Positions 6,241-16,421 of a DNA stretch of 63,789 nt are shown here, piece by piece. Made by a program: the position numbers and the translations under genes. Within the stretch, counting starts at the first letter, position 1, and every line of letters begins with the position of its first letter. The notes under the pieces were generated by a model that saw only the letters and a list, made by a program, of their open reading frames with translations, was not told where the DNA came from and did no database searches. The stretch is from a virus. Lineage: Duplodnaviria; Caudoviricetes. The stretch is taken from positions 1 to 63,789 of the IMG/VR virus record IMGVR_UViG_3300027865_000008, one strand, 5' to 3'.

Positions 6241-8688
6241 ATGAGCGTTGCTAAAGTAGCGATACAGTTTACAGCGATTGACCTCTTAAGCAGAGGGGTC
6301 GATACGATGAAAAAACGTATGGATTCTTTCAAGGATGCTGGGGTAGATGCCCAGCGTTCTTTCAATAGAATGACTACAGCAATTAAACTTGCTAGTGTTT
6401 CGGGAATTTTAACAAAGTCTATTTATAACAGTATAAAACCGGCTATAAGTGTAGCTGGTGACTTACAAGCGGAATTATTAGGTGTTAACGCACTGTTAGC
6501 CGGTATGGGAGATAAAGTTGGAAGTGTCGTTAATAAATTTTCTGCAACTGCATTTGACATTCAAGCCTGGACTCCTTTTGACATAACGCAAATTGTAGCA
6601 CTCGAAAGACAATTAACGAAATCTGGTGCGAGTATCGATGCCGTTCTCAGTAAAACGGGTGTTACTGCTGCTGCTTCTGCTCTAGCCATTCAAGAAGGTC
6701 TTGATCCAGTTACAGCCGGAAAAAGCCTCATAAGACTTGCCACACCTTTCAGCCTTGCAGCCGATCAATATGCACATGTAGCCGATATGATTTCCCGTGC
6801 TGCCGATGTTTCTCCTGTTGGTGCAGCAGAAATTGTTGAAACAGCAAAGTATGCTGCTTTGCCTCTTGCCGCACTTGGTAGAACTGTAGATGAAGTTGTC
6901 ACTCTTTCTGCCGTACTCGCTAAAAGTGGAATTGATGCAAGTATGGCCGGTACAGGTTTAAGACAATTTTTCTCTCAGGCAGCAAAAGTTGACGCTTTCA
7001 AAGATGCAAATGGAGATTTAATAGAAACTTCTGAAATCATAGAAAAATTGAGAACTGGTTTTGAAGGTGTCGGTAAAGCTGATCTTATGGAACGTCTTAT
7101 AAGAGGTTTTGGATTGAGAGGGATGCCGATAGCTCTTGCTCTTATGAAAAAGGGTGAGGCAGGATTTAAGGGTACCATTGATGCCATGAAGCGGGTAAAT
7201 CCGTTGCAAGAAAAAATGGCCACTCGGATGCGTGGTTTCATTGCCCAACTTAATTCATTGAAAGGTACATCTAAGTCCCTTATTGCTCAATTATATCAAC
7301 CTGCATTGGAACCGCTTACGTTTTTACTAAAAGGTACAAATGACTTATTGACAAGTTTCGGAAGACTTGCACAAGAAAAACCATCAATCGCGGAATTTGT
7401 TTCAAAATTTTCTCTCGGAACTCTCTTTACAGGTGGTGCGGCTACAGCTGGTTTAGGGCTAGCGGCTCTCTTCTTCGGTAAAAAAGCCATAAAGGGTATG
7501 GGAGGATTTAAGGGAGTTTTCAAAGGTCTTACTTCCACTTTAGTCGGTGTCGTAAAAGGAAAAGCTCTCGAAGCAGCGGCGGGTATAAAACCAGTTTTCG
7601 TTACCAATTGGCCAGTGGACAGAGGTATTAATGCTGCTGCGGCTGGATTAAATGAAAAACTTAAAGGTATTAAAAAAGGTGCTGAGGACGGTTTTGGTAG
7701 TTTAACTGCTGCCGGAGGCGGAGCTGCTGCTGCCGGAGGTACAGGTTTGTTTGCTTGGCTCGGTACTAAGATCGGATCTTTTCTTCCGAAAGCTTTTCTT
7801 ACAAAATTAGCTGGTATGGGTAAAATCGGCGGTGCTTTAGCTGCTCTACTGGGTACAGCTGGGACAATGACCACCCTTGGTGTTGCTGGTGCAGGTCTTG
7901 GGACCGGTGTCCTGCTTGGAAAACTGATAGATCAAAATGATTTTATTAGCGATAAACTTGATAAGACGGTTGATCTCCTTTATGACATTTCTCCAGATTT
8001 CGGTATTTCGGATTATTTTGCAGACATTCCAGATTTAGTTGAGGCAACAAAACGAAGCGATAGAATGTCTCGGGTTGAAAAACCTTTGGCCGTTATCCGT
8101 CCCATTTCTACAGAAATTATAAAAAATACAATTCTCGAAAAAATTTTGACTAAAAATAATACTGAAAAATTTCTCAATGAAAGAACTGAAAATAATACTG
8201 AAAAATTTCTCAACGAAAGAACTGAAAATAATACTGAAAAATTTCTCAATGAAAGAACTGAAAATAATACTGAAAAATTTCTCAACGAAAGAACTGAAAA
8301 TAATACTGAAAAATTTCTCAACGAAAAAACCGAAAATAACATCGAGAGATTTTCCAAAGAAAAAACCGAAAATAACATTGAAAGGATTCTTCAAAATAGG
8401 GTTGAAAACAACGTATCTGAAAGAGTCTTTAGGGAAAAAACTTCGCATAATATATCTGAAAAAATCCTTCGTGAGAAGCATACTACCGAAAAAGCAGAGC
8501 GGATATTGCGAACGGAAAAAACAATCGGGAAAAGTCAGGAGAGAGGTGAAATGACAGCCATTCCTACTTTTAAGAACGATATAAACCTTAATGTAAGAAT
8601 TGATGAACGGAATAGAGTAATAACTGATTCGTCTGATAATACACGGATAAAAACGACATTAGATAGAGGCGGTTTTAGCTCTTTATAG
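6241..8688 (+). CDS. Tape measure protein
   Basis: Ala/Gly-rich helical protein with TP901-type core (TPF, GIDASMAGTGLR) after the chaperones. Confidence 0.92.
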   Translation: MSVAKVAIQFTAIDLLSRGVDTMKKRMDSFKDAGVDAQRSFNRMTTAIKLASVSGILTKSIYNSIKPAISVAGDLQAELLGVNALLAGMGDKVGSVVNKFSATAFDIQAWTPFDITQIVALERQLTKSGASIDAVLSKTGVTAAASALAIQEGLDPVTAGKSLIRLATPFSLAADQYAHVADMISRAADVSPVGAAEIVETAKYAALPLAALGRTVDEVVTLSAVLAKSGIDASMAGTGLRQFFSQAAKVDAFKDANGDLIETSEIIEKLRTGFEGVGKADLMERLIRGFGLRGMPIALALMKKGEAGFKGTIDAMKRVNPLQEKMATRMRGFIAQLNSLKGTSKSLIAQLYQPALEPLTFLLKGTNDLLTSFGRLAQEKPSIAEFVSKFSLGTLFTGGAATAGLGLAALFFGKKAIKGMGGFKGVFKGLTSTLVGVVKGKALEAAAGIKPVFVTNWPVDRGINAAAAGLNEKLKGIKKGAEDGFGSLTAAGGGAAAAGGTGLFAWLGTKIGSFLPKAFLTKLAGMGKIGGALAALLGTAGTMTTLGVAGAGLGTGVLLGKLIDQNDFISDKLDKTVDLLYDISPDFGISDYFADIPDLVEATKRSDRMSRVEKPLAVIRPISTEIIKNTILEKILTKNNTEKFLNERTENNTEKFLNERTENNTEKFLNERTENNTEKFLNERTENNTEKFLNEKTENNIERFSKEKTENNIERILQNRVENNVSERVFREKTSHNISEKILREKHTTEKAERILRTEKTIGKSQERGEMTAIPTFKNDINLNVRIDERNRVITDSSDNTRIKTTLDRGGFSSL
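8153..8404 (+). repeat. 36-nt coding tandem repeat in the tape measure gene
   Basis: AAAATAATACTGAAAAATTTCTCAAYGAAAGAACTG x4, a near-identical fifth copy, then degenerate copies (NNTEKFLNERTE). Confidence 0.95.
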
Positions 8689-8745
8689 AGTTTATCGACT
8701 GTGAGTCGCTAAACTTAAGTCGGCTTATTCGAGAGGAAAGTTCAA

Positions 8746-10233
8746 ATGCCTGAAAAATACAAAGCGACATTGGAAGGAATTGATTTAGAAATACAGGATA
8801 TTACTGATTCTTTCAAAAAATCGATCGCAAAACATGATTTTCCCTTCCTTGATGGTGCGAGATTGGAGGATATGGGACAGACTGCACATGTTATTAGGTT
8901 TAGGTGTTTTTTCTACGAAGAAAATTATGATATGCATGAAGATGTAATTCAATTATTGGAATTACAAGATCTCTTGGAATTACATCACCCAAAACACGGC
9001 ATCATTAAGGGTTCCATAGAATCGTTGGACATACATCATAATTCAGAGTTTCTAAAAACAGCCGAAGTTGATATCGGCTTTGTTGAACAGCTTAGGGGCG
9101 AAGTATCTTTAATAGAGAATTTGACTGATATCGGTCCTATAATCGAGAGTACCTTTATCAATGCAAAAATTGAGCAAATGAAAGAATTGAGTACTGATGT
9201 CTACGGAATTTTGGGTGAAGATGCGCTGGAAATTCTTAATGTCGAGCTTGATCCTGATCTCGGTTTTGTTGATCAATTTACCTCTATTGTTGGTAAGCCT
9301 AGAATGTTCTTGAATCAGATCGATAGTATGATCGGTACGGCAAAGGCGGCATTAAATACAATAACGAATCCTATCCGCTCGTTATTAACAACATATGATT
9401 ATCTCTATAATACTGGTTCTCATATGCTCTTCAACATGTCTAGTTATATGATGGATGTTATATCCGATACTGTTGAACGTTATAGTTTAAGTCATAATTC
9501 TCGTAAAATTGCTCCGGTAAGATTTACGGAGTCATTTATTGAAGATGTGAAGACATTTAAGGATGTAACGCTCCCACAAACGGCAAATCATGAAATGAAA
9601 CAGGCAGCTATTGACGTTTTCAAAAAACATGTACAGATTATTATGGCTCAACAAGCAGCCCTGGATTTAGGTTATATATATGCGGCTGATGAAAAAGTAC
9701 GTCAAATTCAGAAGAGAATTGAAAAGAACAAAAGCTTTGATGTACTGGGGCGGTTTCAAAAACCGGATACCATTACACCGCAAGTTATCGGAGGTACATA
9801 TGATATTTCTTCTGCCCCTTTGGGAAGTGCTACACCAGAAGAGTACAAAGTATCCTCACTTATAACTATAGACGAAATTGAAAGAGCTTTGACAAATGTT
9901 AGGACGGAAATTCAGGTTTCTGTTGAGGGTGCGAGAGAAAATATAGTGCTTCCTGTTCTTCCTCCGTCTGCAGTAGGGGAGGGTATATCTAAAATTGAAC
10001 CGCAAATTATTGAACAAATGAAAGAACTCGCCAGGCAACTTTTTTTACATGCTAATGAAATAAAATTAGAAAGAGAAAAAATTATGAAGGTAGAGGTAGA
10101 AAATGAGTCGCCCCTACATCTTATTTGCCTCAAATACGGCCTGGATTACAATGCCGCCGACAGAATTCATGCAATAAATAATATAGAAAATCCTAATTTT
10201 ACTAAGGGAAATATCGGTATTTATGCAAGATGA
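8746..10233 (+). CDS. DNA circularisation protein (Mu gpN-like)
   Basis: HDFPFLDGARLEDMG, L.HP.HG..G N-terminal motif; C-terminal PLHLICLKYG...IN.I.NPNF. Confidence 0.85.
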   Translation: MPEKYKATLEGIDLEIQDITDSFKKSIAKHDFPFLDGARLEDMGQTAHVIRFRCFFYEENYDMHEDVIQLLELQDLLELHHPKHGIIKGSIESLDIHHNSEFLKTAEVDIGFVEQLRGEVSLIENLTDIGPIIESTFINAKIEQMKELSTDVYGILGEDALEILNVELDPDLGFVDQFTSIVGKPRMFLNQIDSMIGTAKAALNTITNPIRSLLTTYDYLYNTGSHMLFNMSSYMMDVISDTVERYSLSHNSRKIAPVRFTESFIEDVKTFKDVTLPQTANHEMKQAAIDVFKKHVQIIMAQQAALDLGYIYAADEKVRQIQKRIEKNKSFDVLGRFQKPDTITPQVIGGTYDISSAPLGSATPEEYKVSSLITIDEIERALTNVRTEIQVSVEGARENIVLPVLPPSAVGEGISKIEPQIIEQMKELARQLFLHANEIKLEREKIMKVEVENESPLHLICLKYGLDYNAADRIHAINNIENPNFTKGNIGIYAR

Positions 10234-11278
10234 CGTTAAGCTTTCTATAGGTACGAAACAAATTACAGATTTTATTTCATATTCGATAGAAAGTGATATT
10301 TTCGTTGCAGCAGATGTTTTCCAAATAAAACTCTATGATCCAGGAATGAATATAAAAACGGGTCAAGAATGTAAACTTTCTGTTAACGGTAGTTTAGAAT
10401 TAGTTGGAATCATTGACAGGATTCAACGAACTTGGGATAAAAACGGTCAGACTCTTTCTATTGAGGGACGTGATCTGATGGGTCTAGTGGTAGATTCATA
10501 TGTGGAAGTATTCGAAACTAAACAAGATATCTCTCTTAAGGAATTGGCAGAATTGGTTCTTGTAAATGTTCCATTTATAAACAGGGAAAAGGTAATTTAC
10601 GGGAAGGGTGATAAGGTTGGTGCTCGAACTCTCGTAGAAGATTTTTCAAAGGATTTTTTTGCTAAACATGAATTTGTACAAATCAAACCAGGAAAAACTA
10701 TTTTTGAAATATTGAATGATTATGCTAAGTCGAGAGGTCTTGTTTTCTTCAATATGCCAAATGGGACTTTTGTTTTTGGTGAACCTGTCACATCGGGGAA
10801 AGCTGCGTATTCGATGATATGTAAGTATGATAATAACGTAGAAAATAATGTCTTGAACGGGGATGAAATAACAGATATATCTAAACGGTATAAAAAAGTA
10901 ACTGTGTTAGGACAGCGGCAAGGGGCAGATATCTGGGAAGCAGAAGAAATAAGTGTTTCTGGTGTTTCTGAGGATGAAGAATTTCCTTTTACAAAACCTT
11001 TTATACAGGTTTCAGATGACGACGGTCTTACTCCTGGTCGTGAAGCGAAACTGATAATGGAACAACAAAAGTTTGAATCCTATAAATTGCAATATAAAAC
11101 CTCCGGTCATAGTCAGAGGGGTAAAAATTTCCAAGTAAACACTATTTGTCATGTTGATGATGATGTCGCAGGTATTTCCGAAGACTTTCTTATATACGGC
11201 CGCACCTTCGATATGAATAAATCTGATGGTACATCAACTACTTTAAAACTTTCAAAATTAGGTGTTTTGCCAGCATGA
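10223..11278 (+). CDS. Baseplate hub (Mu gpP/gp44-like)
   Basis: F.SYSIESD...AD.F, G.ID, I.GRDL.G.VVD, I.PG.TIFE.L motifs. Confidence 0.88.
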   Translation: MQDDVKLSIGTKQITDFISYSIESDIFVAADVFQIKLYDPGMNIKTGQECKLSVNGSLELVGIIDRIQRTWDKNGQTLSIEGRDLMGLVVDSYVEVFETKQDISLKELAELVLVNVPFINREKVIYGKGDKVGARTLVEDFSKDFFAKHEFVQIKPGKTIFEILNDYAKSRGLVFFNMPNGTFVFGEPVTSGKAAYSMICKYDNNVENNVLNGDEITDISKRYKKVTVLGQRQGADIWEAEEISVSGVSEDEEFPFTKPFIQVSDDDGLTPGREAKLIMEQQKFESYKLQYKTSGHSQRGKNFQVNTICHVDDDVAGISEDFLIYGRTFDMNKSDGTSTTLKLSKLGVLPA

Positions 11279-12072
11279 ATTTTATAAGGTCAATAATATC
11301 ATCAGTAGTTGAAGGTGTAATAAAGCGTATCTCGGGGGCCGGTCGTATCGGGGAAACTTTTACAAATCGTGAATATTTCCAGCATTACGGTTTTACTTCA
11401 AGGCCGTTATCCGGTGCAGAAGGAATATTCATCGTACAGGGGAATAATGTAATAGCAATTGCCTCCGACGATAGGCGTTACAGGTTTGCTATAGAGGACG
11501 GTGAACTTGCACTCTATACGGATGAGGACAAAGATTCCTTCGGTCATCGGATCCATTTTAAGAGAAATCGCGAAATTGAAATAAAGTGTAAACTTAAAGA
11601 TGTGGACGTTGAAGAGAATAAAACTCTCGACATAGGGCAAGCTTACACTGAAAATGTTGGGACTGATAAAATAGAAACTATAACAGGAAGCAAATCTGAA
11701 ACCATTGGTATTAACAAAACAGAAAATATAACCGGAAATAAAGCAGAAACTATATTAGGAAATAAAACAGCAACGGTAACACAAAATATAACATTGACCG
11801 CAAGTGGAAATGTAATTATTAGTGGAGCGAATGTAAGCATAGTTGCCACAGGTACAACTACTATGAGTCTTACAGGGAACGCGACCGTAAACGCTCTCGG
11901 TAATGTAACTGCGAATGTGACTGGAACAGCAAAAGTTATTAGTCCGGATGTTCAACTTGGAGCAGCCGGTGGTCCGGCGGCTGCAAGAGTAGGTGATGTT
12001 ACTTCTTCAAATGGTGAGCATCCCCATACCCACACAATTGCAGCCGGAAGTGGTATAGTAAAAATAGGGTAA
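11275..12072 (+). CDS. Baseplate spike (Mu gp45 / gpV)
   Basis: EYFQHYGFTSRPL.GAEG, ASDDRRYR, GE.ALY; beta-helix repeats; C-terminal HPHTH metal-binding apex. Confidence 0.92.
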   Translation: MNFIRSIISSVVEGVIKRISGAGRIGETFTNREYFQHYGFTSRPLSGAEGIFIVQGNNVIAIASDDRRYRFAIEDGELALYTDEDKDSFGHRIHFKRNREIEIKCKLKDVDVEENKTLDIGQAYTENVGTDKIETITGSKSETIGINKTENITGNKAETILGNKTATVTQNITLTASGNVIISGANVSIVATGTTTMSLTGNATVNALGNVTANVTGTAKVISPDVQLGAAGGPAAARVGDVTSSNGEHPHTHTIAAGSGIVKIG

Positions 12073-12074
12073 AC

Positions 12075-12674
12075 ATGGATTTTAAAATTGTAACAAATCT
12101 CGGAATTGGAGAAATGACTTTTACTGATCCTAATGTCGTTGCGGAAATTATTGAAAGTGGTAATTCAACCGATGATGCTGAAAAAAAGCTTATTGATTCG
12201 AGCCAAAACTTTCTTGCTAAGGTAGAAGCAGGAATGAGTATAAAAAATATAACAGATACGACTTATACTCTGGTAACGGCCGTTGATTCCGATACCCAGC
12301 TGTCTGTCAGAGACGATATATTTACTATCGGAGAAGCCTATCAAATCAGGAAAAAAACAGATTTTGCCAAAGCTAATAACATTCTGAATAATATTTTTCT
12401 TAGCATTATGATTGAAAGAGGTTCTTTCTTTTTCAATACCGATTTCGGTTCAAGATTACATTTATTAAAAAAAATGACAGATAGGAATGTTGCCCTTGCA
12501 AAGAGCTATATAGATGAGGCATTACAGTGGATTTTGGACACTGGAAAGGCAAAAACTATAGAAACACGTACTGAACGTGATCTTAACGTAACGAATAGGA
12601 TCAACTTTCAAGTTGTAGCCACTCAAGCCAATGATGCAATAACAACTTTTGAATCTTTTATAGAGGTCATCTAA
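12075..12674 (+). CDS. Baseplate protein (Mu gp46-like) with inserted 65-aa domain
   Basis: GSFF...FGSRLHLL, A.SY..EALQWI.D.GKA. Confidence 0.85.
   Translation: MDFKIVTNLGIGEMTFTDPNVVAEIIESGNSTDDAEKKLIDSSQNFLAKVEAGMSIKNITDTTYTLVTAVDSDTQLSVRDDIFTIGEAYQIRKKTDFAKANNILNNIFLSIMIERGSFFFNTDFGSRLHLLKKMTDRNVALAKSYIDEALQWILDTGKAKTIETRTERDLNVTNRINFQVVATQANDAITTFESFIEVI
12153..12347 (+). repeat. 65-aa dispersed domain, copy 2
   Basis: ESGNSTDDAEKKLIDSSQNF...VDSDTQLSVRDDIFTIGEAYQI; 195 nt. Confidence 0.9.
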
Positions 12675-14005
12675 TGAGTTTTCAAAGGGACTTTGATACG
12701 ATTTTTAATGCCATGATGACTGATTGGCAGAACCAATACCCGGAAGCTGATATATCGCAAGGCAGCCTCATTTATGTCAAAAATGCTTGCCTGGCTTCTG
12801 CTTTATGGGGATTGTATAAGTACCAGGAATGGATAGCAAAGCAGATATTTCCTGATACAGCGAACCTTGAGAACCTTGAGCACCATGCATACATACGTGG
12901 TATTACACGGCGACAAGGTGAAACAGATGCCGAATTACTTGCTCGGCTTCTACAGTATATAAGGCAGCCACCTGCTGGTGGAACAGCGGATGATTATGAG
13001 AAATGGGCACTTGAAGTAGACAATGTGACAAACGCTTATTATTATTCGGAACCAGGTGGTGCAGGCACTGTAGGTTTGACCTTTATCATGGGAAACAAAG
13101 CTACTTATCCTGATTATGCCGTTAACGGTGATTTCGCTACCGATACAATCTGGCTAAAAGGAACTGGTTGGACTATATCTGGAGGAAAAGCAAGCTGTGA
13201 CGGTAGTCAAGTTGCAGATTCAGATATAGACGAAAGCCTTACACATTTTGTAACTGCTGATTCTGGTACTACTGACGGCGTTTCAGCAAATAAGCTTATC
13301 GATGCTGGGCAGAATTTCCTTACCACTGTAAAAGTGGGAGATGCAGTACAGAATACTACGGATACTACATTTTCTACTGTAACAGCGGTTGATTCCGATA
13401 CTCAGTTGACACTTGCTGATGACATTTTTACGAGTGGTGAAGATTATGTAATCGGACGAAAATACAATGTTACTTTTACGGTTTCAAATTATTCTGCTGG
13501 AACAATTACACCTATTCTCGGTACGAGTGGAACTACAGGAACGGCCAGGAGTGCAAATGGAACTTTTACGGAATATATAGTCGCTTCTGGTGCAAATAGG
13601 ATTATTCTCCGTGCCAATTCCACGTTTGTCGGTGATATCGATGATGTAAAAGTTGAGGATGAGGCTTCTCTGGTGGTTCCCGGTACGGCTGAAATTGCGA
13701 CCGTACAAACTTATATTGATAGCAAACGCCCTGTAACCGCAGAAGCTTTTGTAAATCCACCTGATGCGAACCTACAGGATGTTACCATGGTTATAACGGG
13801 AACTGGTGTCGATTTGACACAAATAGCAACCGAAATTACGGCATATCTGAATAGCCTTGAACCGGGGGAAACACTATATCGGGCGCAATTATTTTCAATT
13901 GCTATCAGCCTGGGAGCGGACAATGCAAGTATTAGTCTTCCTGCTGCCGATGTAACTCAGACAACTTTAAATATGATAAGGGCAGGTACAGTAAGTGTTA
14001 CATAA
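12674..14005 (+). CDS. Baseplate J / Mu gp47-like protein with nested inserted domains
   Basis: QIFPDTA...LE.HA..RGI.R, ETDAEL.ARL...R.PP.GG...DY..WAL, RPVTA. Confidence 0.92.
   Translation: MSFQRDFDTIFNAMMTDWQNQYPEADISQGSLIYVKNACLASALWGLYKYQEWIAKQIFPDTANLENLEHHAYIRGITRRQGETDAELLARLLQYIRQPPAGGTADDYEKWALEVDNVTNAYYYSEPGGAGTVGLTFIMGNKATYPDYAVNGDFATDTIWLKGTGWTISGGKASCDGSQVADSDIDESLTHFVTADSGTTDGVSANKLIDAGQNFLTTVKVGDAVQNTTDTTFSTVTAVDSDTQLTLADDIFTSGEDYVIGRKYNVTFTVSNYSAGTITPILGTSGTTGTARSANGTFTEYIVASGANRIILRANSTFVGDIDDVKVEDEASLVVPGTAEIATVQTYIDSKRPVTAEAFVNPPDANLQDVTMVITGTGVDLTQIATEITAYLNSLEPGETLYRAQLFSIAISLGADNASISLPAADVTQTTLNMIRAGTVSVT
13259..13453 (+). repeat. 65-aa dispersed domain, copy 3
   Basis: DSGTTDGVSANKLIDAGQNF...VDSDTQLTLADDIFTSGEDYVI; 195 nt. 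Confidence 0.9.
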
Positions 14006-14696
14006 AGATGTTTTAAGACTGCTTTTTCCTATATCCCTGGATGGTGACTTCATTGAAGATATAGATTTAGAAGGTAGTCATCTCGATGATGTTTATGACC
14101 GTGCCAGTGATTTTCTAACTGAGATTTTCCCGGATGAAGCCCTGGAATTGCTTAGCGATTGGGAACGGGTAACAGGTTTCCCCGATGATTGTATCGGTCC
14201 GGAAACAGATCCAGTTGAAAGACGAAGGAATATTCTATCTAGGATTGCTGGATATGGTGGTCTGTCGATGCCTTATTTCATCGATCTCGCGGATAATCTC
14301 GGATATACAGTTACAATAAATGAATTCCCTGCTTTTCGTATGGGTATAGAGGGCATGGGTGATTTTATCCGTGATCCTGATTTTCGAATTGTATGGGAAG
14401 TAGTAGTAGCTGAGGCTGATTCCGGTACAACTGATGGGTCAAGTTTTAATAAACTTGTGGATACTGGCCAGAATTTTCTTGCTACTGTTAAAGTAGGAAT
14501 GGTTGTAAAAAATACTACCGATACAACATCTACAACTGTTTTAGTGGTGGATTCAGATTCACAACTTTCCTTAGCCAATAATATCTTTACAAGTGGTGAA
14601 GATTATCAAATAATACCGGATTATACAAAATTAACATGTATTTTAGGAAAACTAAAACCTGCTCATACACGGGTTTTTTTAGTTGATCCTGCTTAG
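13995..14696 (+). CDS. Baseplate protein (Mu gp48 / DUF2313) with inserted 65-aa domain
   Basis: EIFPD.A.ELL.DWERV.G.PD.C, GGLS.PYF..LA..LGY, C...KLKPAHT. Confidence 0.9.
   Translation: MLHKDVLRLLFPISLDGDFIEDIDLEGSHLDDVYDRASDFLTEIFPDEALELLSDWERVTGFPDDCIGPETDPVERRRNILSRIAGYGGLSMPYFIDLADNLGYTVTINEFPAFRMGIEGMGDFIRDPDFRIVWEVVVAEADSGTTDGSSFNKLVDTGQNFLATVKVGMVVKNTTDTTSTTVLVVDSDSQLSLANNIFTSGEDYQIIPDYTKLTCILGKLKPAHTRVFLVDPA
14418..14612 (+). repeat. 65-aa dispersed domain, copy 4
   Basis: DSGTTDGSSFNKLVDTGQNF...VDSDSQLSLANNIFTSGEDYQI; 195 nt. Confidence 0.9.
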
Positions 14697-14705
14697 AGGT
14701 GTAAT

Positions 14706-16421
14706 ATGCAAGACGCAAGTAATTTACCGGGAAATGTCAGTGGAGATTTTTCAGATGGGAATCCATCGACAGGTGTAGACGGCACTAAACTTTTATCCGT
14801 TTTTATGAATGACCTTATGAATAATGTTCTACAGGTTATTGTAGATGCTGGGACGGGTATGTCAGACGGAGATGCAAGTGATCTTGTAGATGCGATAAAT
14901 CAGTTGTGTACAGATCAAATTGATGCGGTGGATTTAGATGATATCGAGGATGGTAGTTCATATATAAGATTAAGTAAAGCAGGTATAACACAGTTATTTG
15001 CGGGGGCGGATATCCGATGGGAAACAGGGGATTCGGACCAGGTATATATAAAGCGCTCTGATGACAGTACATTACAACTGGGGAATATTGTTGAGGTAGT
15101 AGGTACACTAGATGCTCTGAATGACATTAATGTATATGATGAAAATCTTACTGATCATCTATTTACTGCTGCGCTAAATGGCGATGCCCAAAAACGCTTA
15201 ATTATATATGGTAGTGGTAAAATAGAGGTTGGGAATGGATCACTCGCTCCAGGAGTTTCTGGTACTGTTAGCTGGTCTCGCGGTGGTCCAGATCAGTGGA
15301 TGACTTATGATGAGGTCATATCTAAACGTGATATTATTACCGATCATGCTTTTACAGCGTATATCGATGGTGATTCATATTCACGATGGAATGTTCAAGC
15401 TGATGGTAAACAAGTTTTGGGTAGTGGAGCTGCAACCCAGGATGCGGCTTTTTGGCGGTCTGGTGTTGCTGAGATTACTTTTGAGAACGACATAATAACC
15501 CTAGGTTCAATTGTTGCAACTTCTGGTGGAATATCAATTTCAGGTGGTAGTAACTTAGCATTTATTGGCGGAGGTGAGATTGTAGGTAGCGATGTTATAA
15601 ATACTGTCCAAATAAAAGCTGATGCAGTTGACAAAACAAAGATTGCGGCCGATGTAGCCGGTCCTGGTTTACAACAGGAGGCAGGTGGTGAATTAGGTAT
15701 AAATATCGGAATGTCAGTGCAGATTACCGGCGGTACTGATCTCGACATTAATGCTGGATATATTGCGGGTAATGCTCTCGATCCTGGTTCGGGTATCACT
15801 CTCAATGTCGTCGCTGATGAAATTACATTAACAGCTGGCGCAAGTTCTATAAAAATAAAGGACTTAGGTGTAGATACAGGCCAGTTAAAAAATGATGCTG
15901 TTACAGGAGCTAAACTTGACGAAACTGAAAATTATCAAATGGTTGACCTTACGCTCACAGGAAAGTTAATCGGTCTGCCGTACTCTTTTAGAGCATACAG
16001 TAGTAATACCACAGCTATTGTTACTAATACAGCTACTAAGATTGCGTTTTTTGCAGAAGCTTGGGATACAGATAGTGTTTATGACCATGTTACAAATTAC
16101 AGGTATACGCCTGTAAGATGGGGGAAATATCATTTATCTGCTCAAATTAAATATCATAATGATGATATAGCTGCTGCGGGTGAGTCTTATCGCATTTATC
16201 TATATAAAAACGGGGTATTATTAAAATATAGTGAGGTTTTTTCTGCCGCAGCAAATTGTGTACCTACTCTTCAGATTTCTACAGATGTACAGGTAACTAG
16301 TGGTACGGATTATTTTGAAATTTATACATTTCATACAGCCGGATCTAACAGAAGATTAAATACGAATGACGACAACTCTTGGTTTGCGGGACATATAATA
16401 GCTTTATCGAGTACACCATGA
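14706..16421 (+). CDS. Tail fibre protein with C-terminal C1q-like domain
   Basis: Mu gpS-like N-terminus (F.DGNPSTGV.GT.L...FMN.L); shaft repeats (IKADAVDKTKIA); C-terminal FRAY...F..E.WD...Y.P...G.Y. Confidence 0.8.
   Translation: MQDASNLPGNVSGDFSDGNPSTGVDGTKLLSVFMNDLMNNVLQVIVDAGTGMSDGDASDLVDAINQLCTDQIDAVDLDDIEDGSSYIRLSKAGITQLFAGADIRWETGDSDQVYIKRSDDSTLQLGNIVEVVGTLDALNDINVYDENLTDHLFTAALNGDAQKRLIIYGSGKIEVGNGSLAPGVSGTVSWSRGGPDQWMTYDEVISKRDIITDHAFTAYIDGDSYSRWNVQADGKQVLGSGAATQDAAFWRSGVAEITFENDIITLGSIVATSGGISISGGSNLAFIGGGEIVGSDVINTVQIKADAVDKTKIAADVAGPGLQQEAGGELGINIGMSVQITGGTDLDINAGYIAGNALDPGSGITLNVVADEITLTAGASSIKIKDLGVDTGQLKNDAVTGAKLDETENYQMVDLTLTGKLIGLPYSFRAYSSNTTAIVTNTATKIAFFAEAWDTDSVYDHVTNYRYTPVRWGKYHLSAQIKYHNDDIAAAGESYRIYLYKNGVLLKYSEVFSAAANCVPTLQISTDVQVTSGTDYFEIYTFHTAGSNRRLNTNDDNSWFAGHIIALSSTP

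Noticed and set aside
8153-8404. 36-nt repeats as a CRISPR array
   Set aside because: The units are head-to-tail with no spacers and are in frame within the tape measure gene; no cas genes.
8013-8554. Alternative-frame ORFs over the tape-measure repeat
   Set aside because: By-products of a stop-free tandem repeat; no RBS or family motifs.
3009-14612. The 65-aa inserts as inteins
   Set aside because: Too short, and they lack the N-terminal Cys/Ser block and C-terminal His-Asn.
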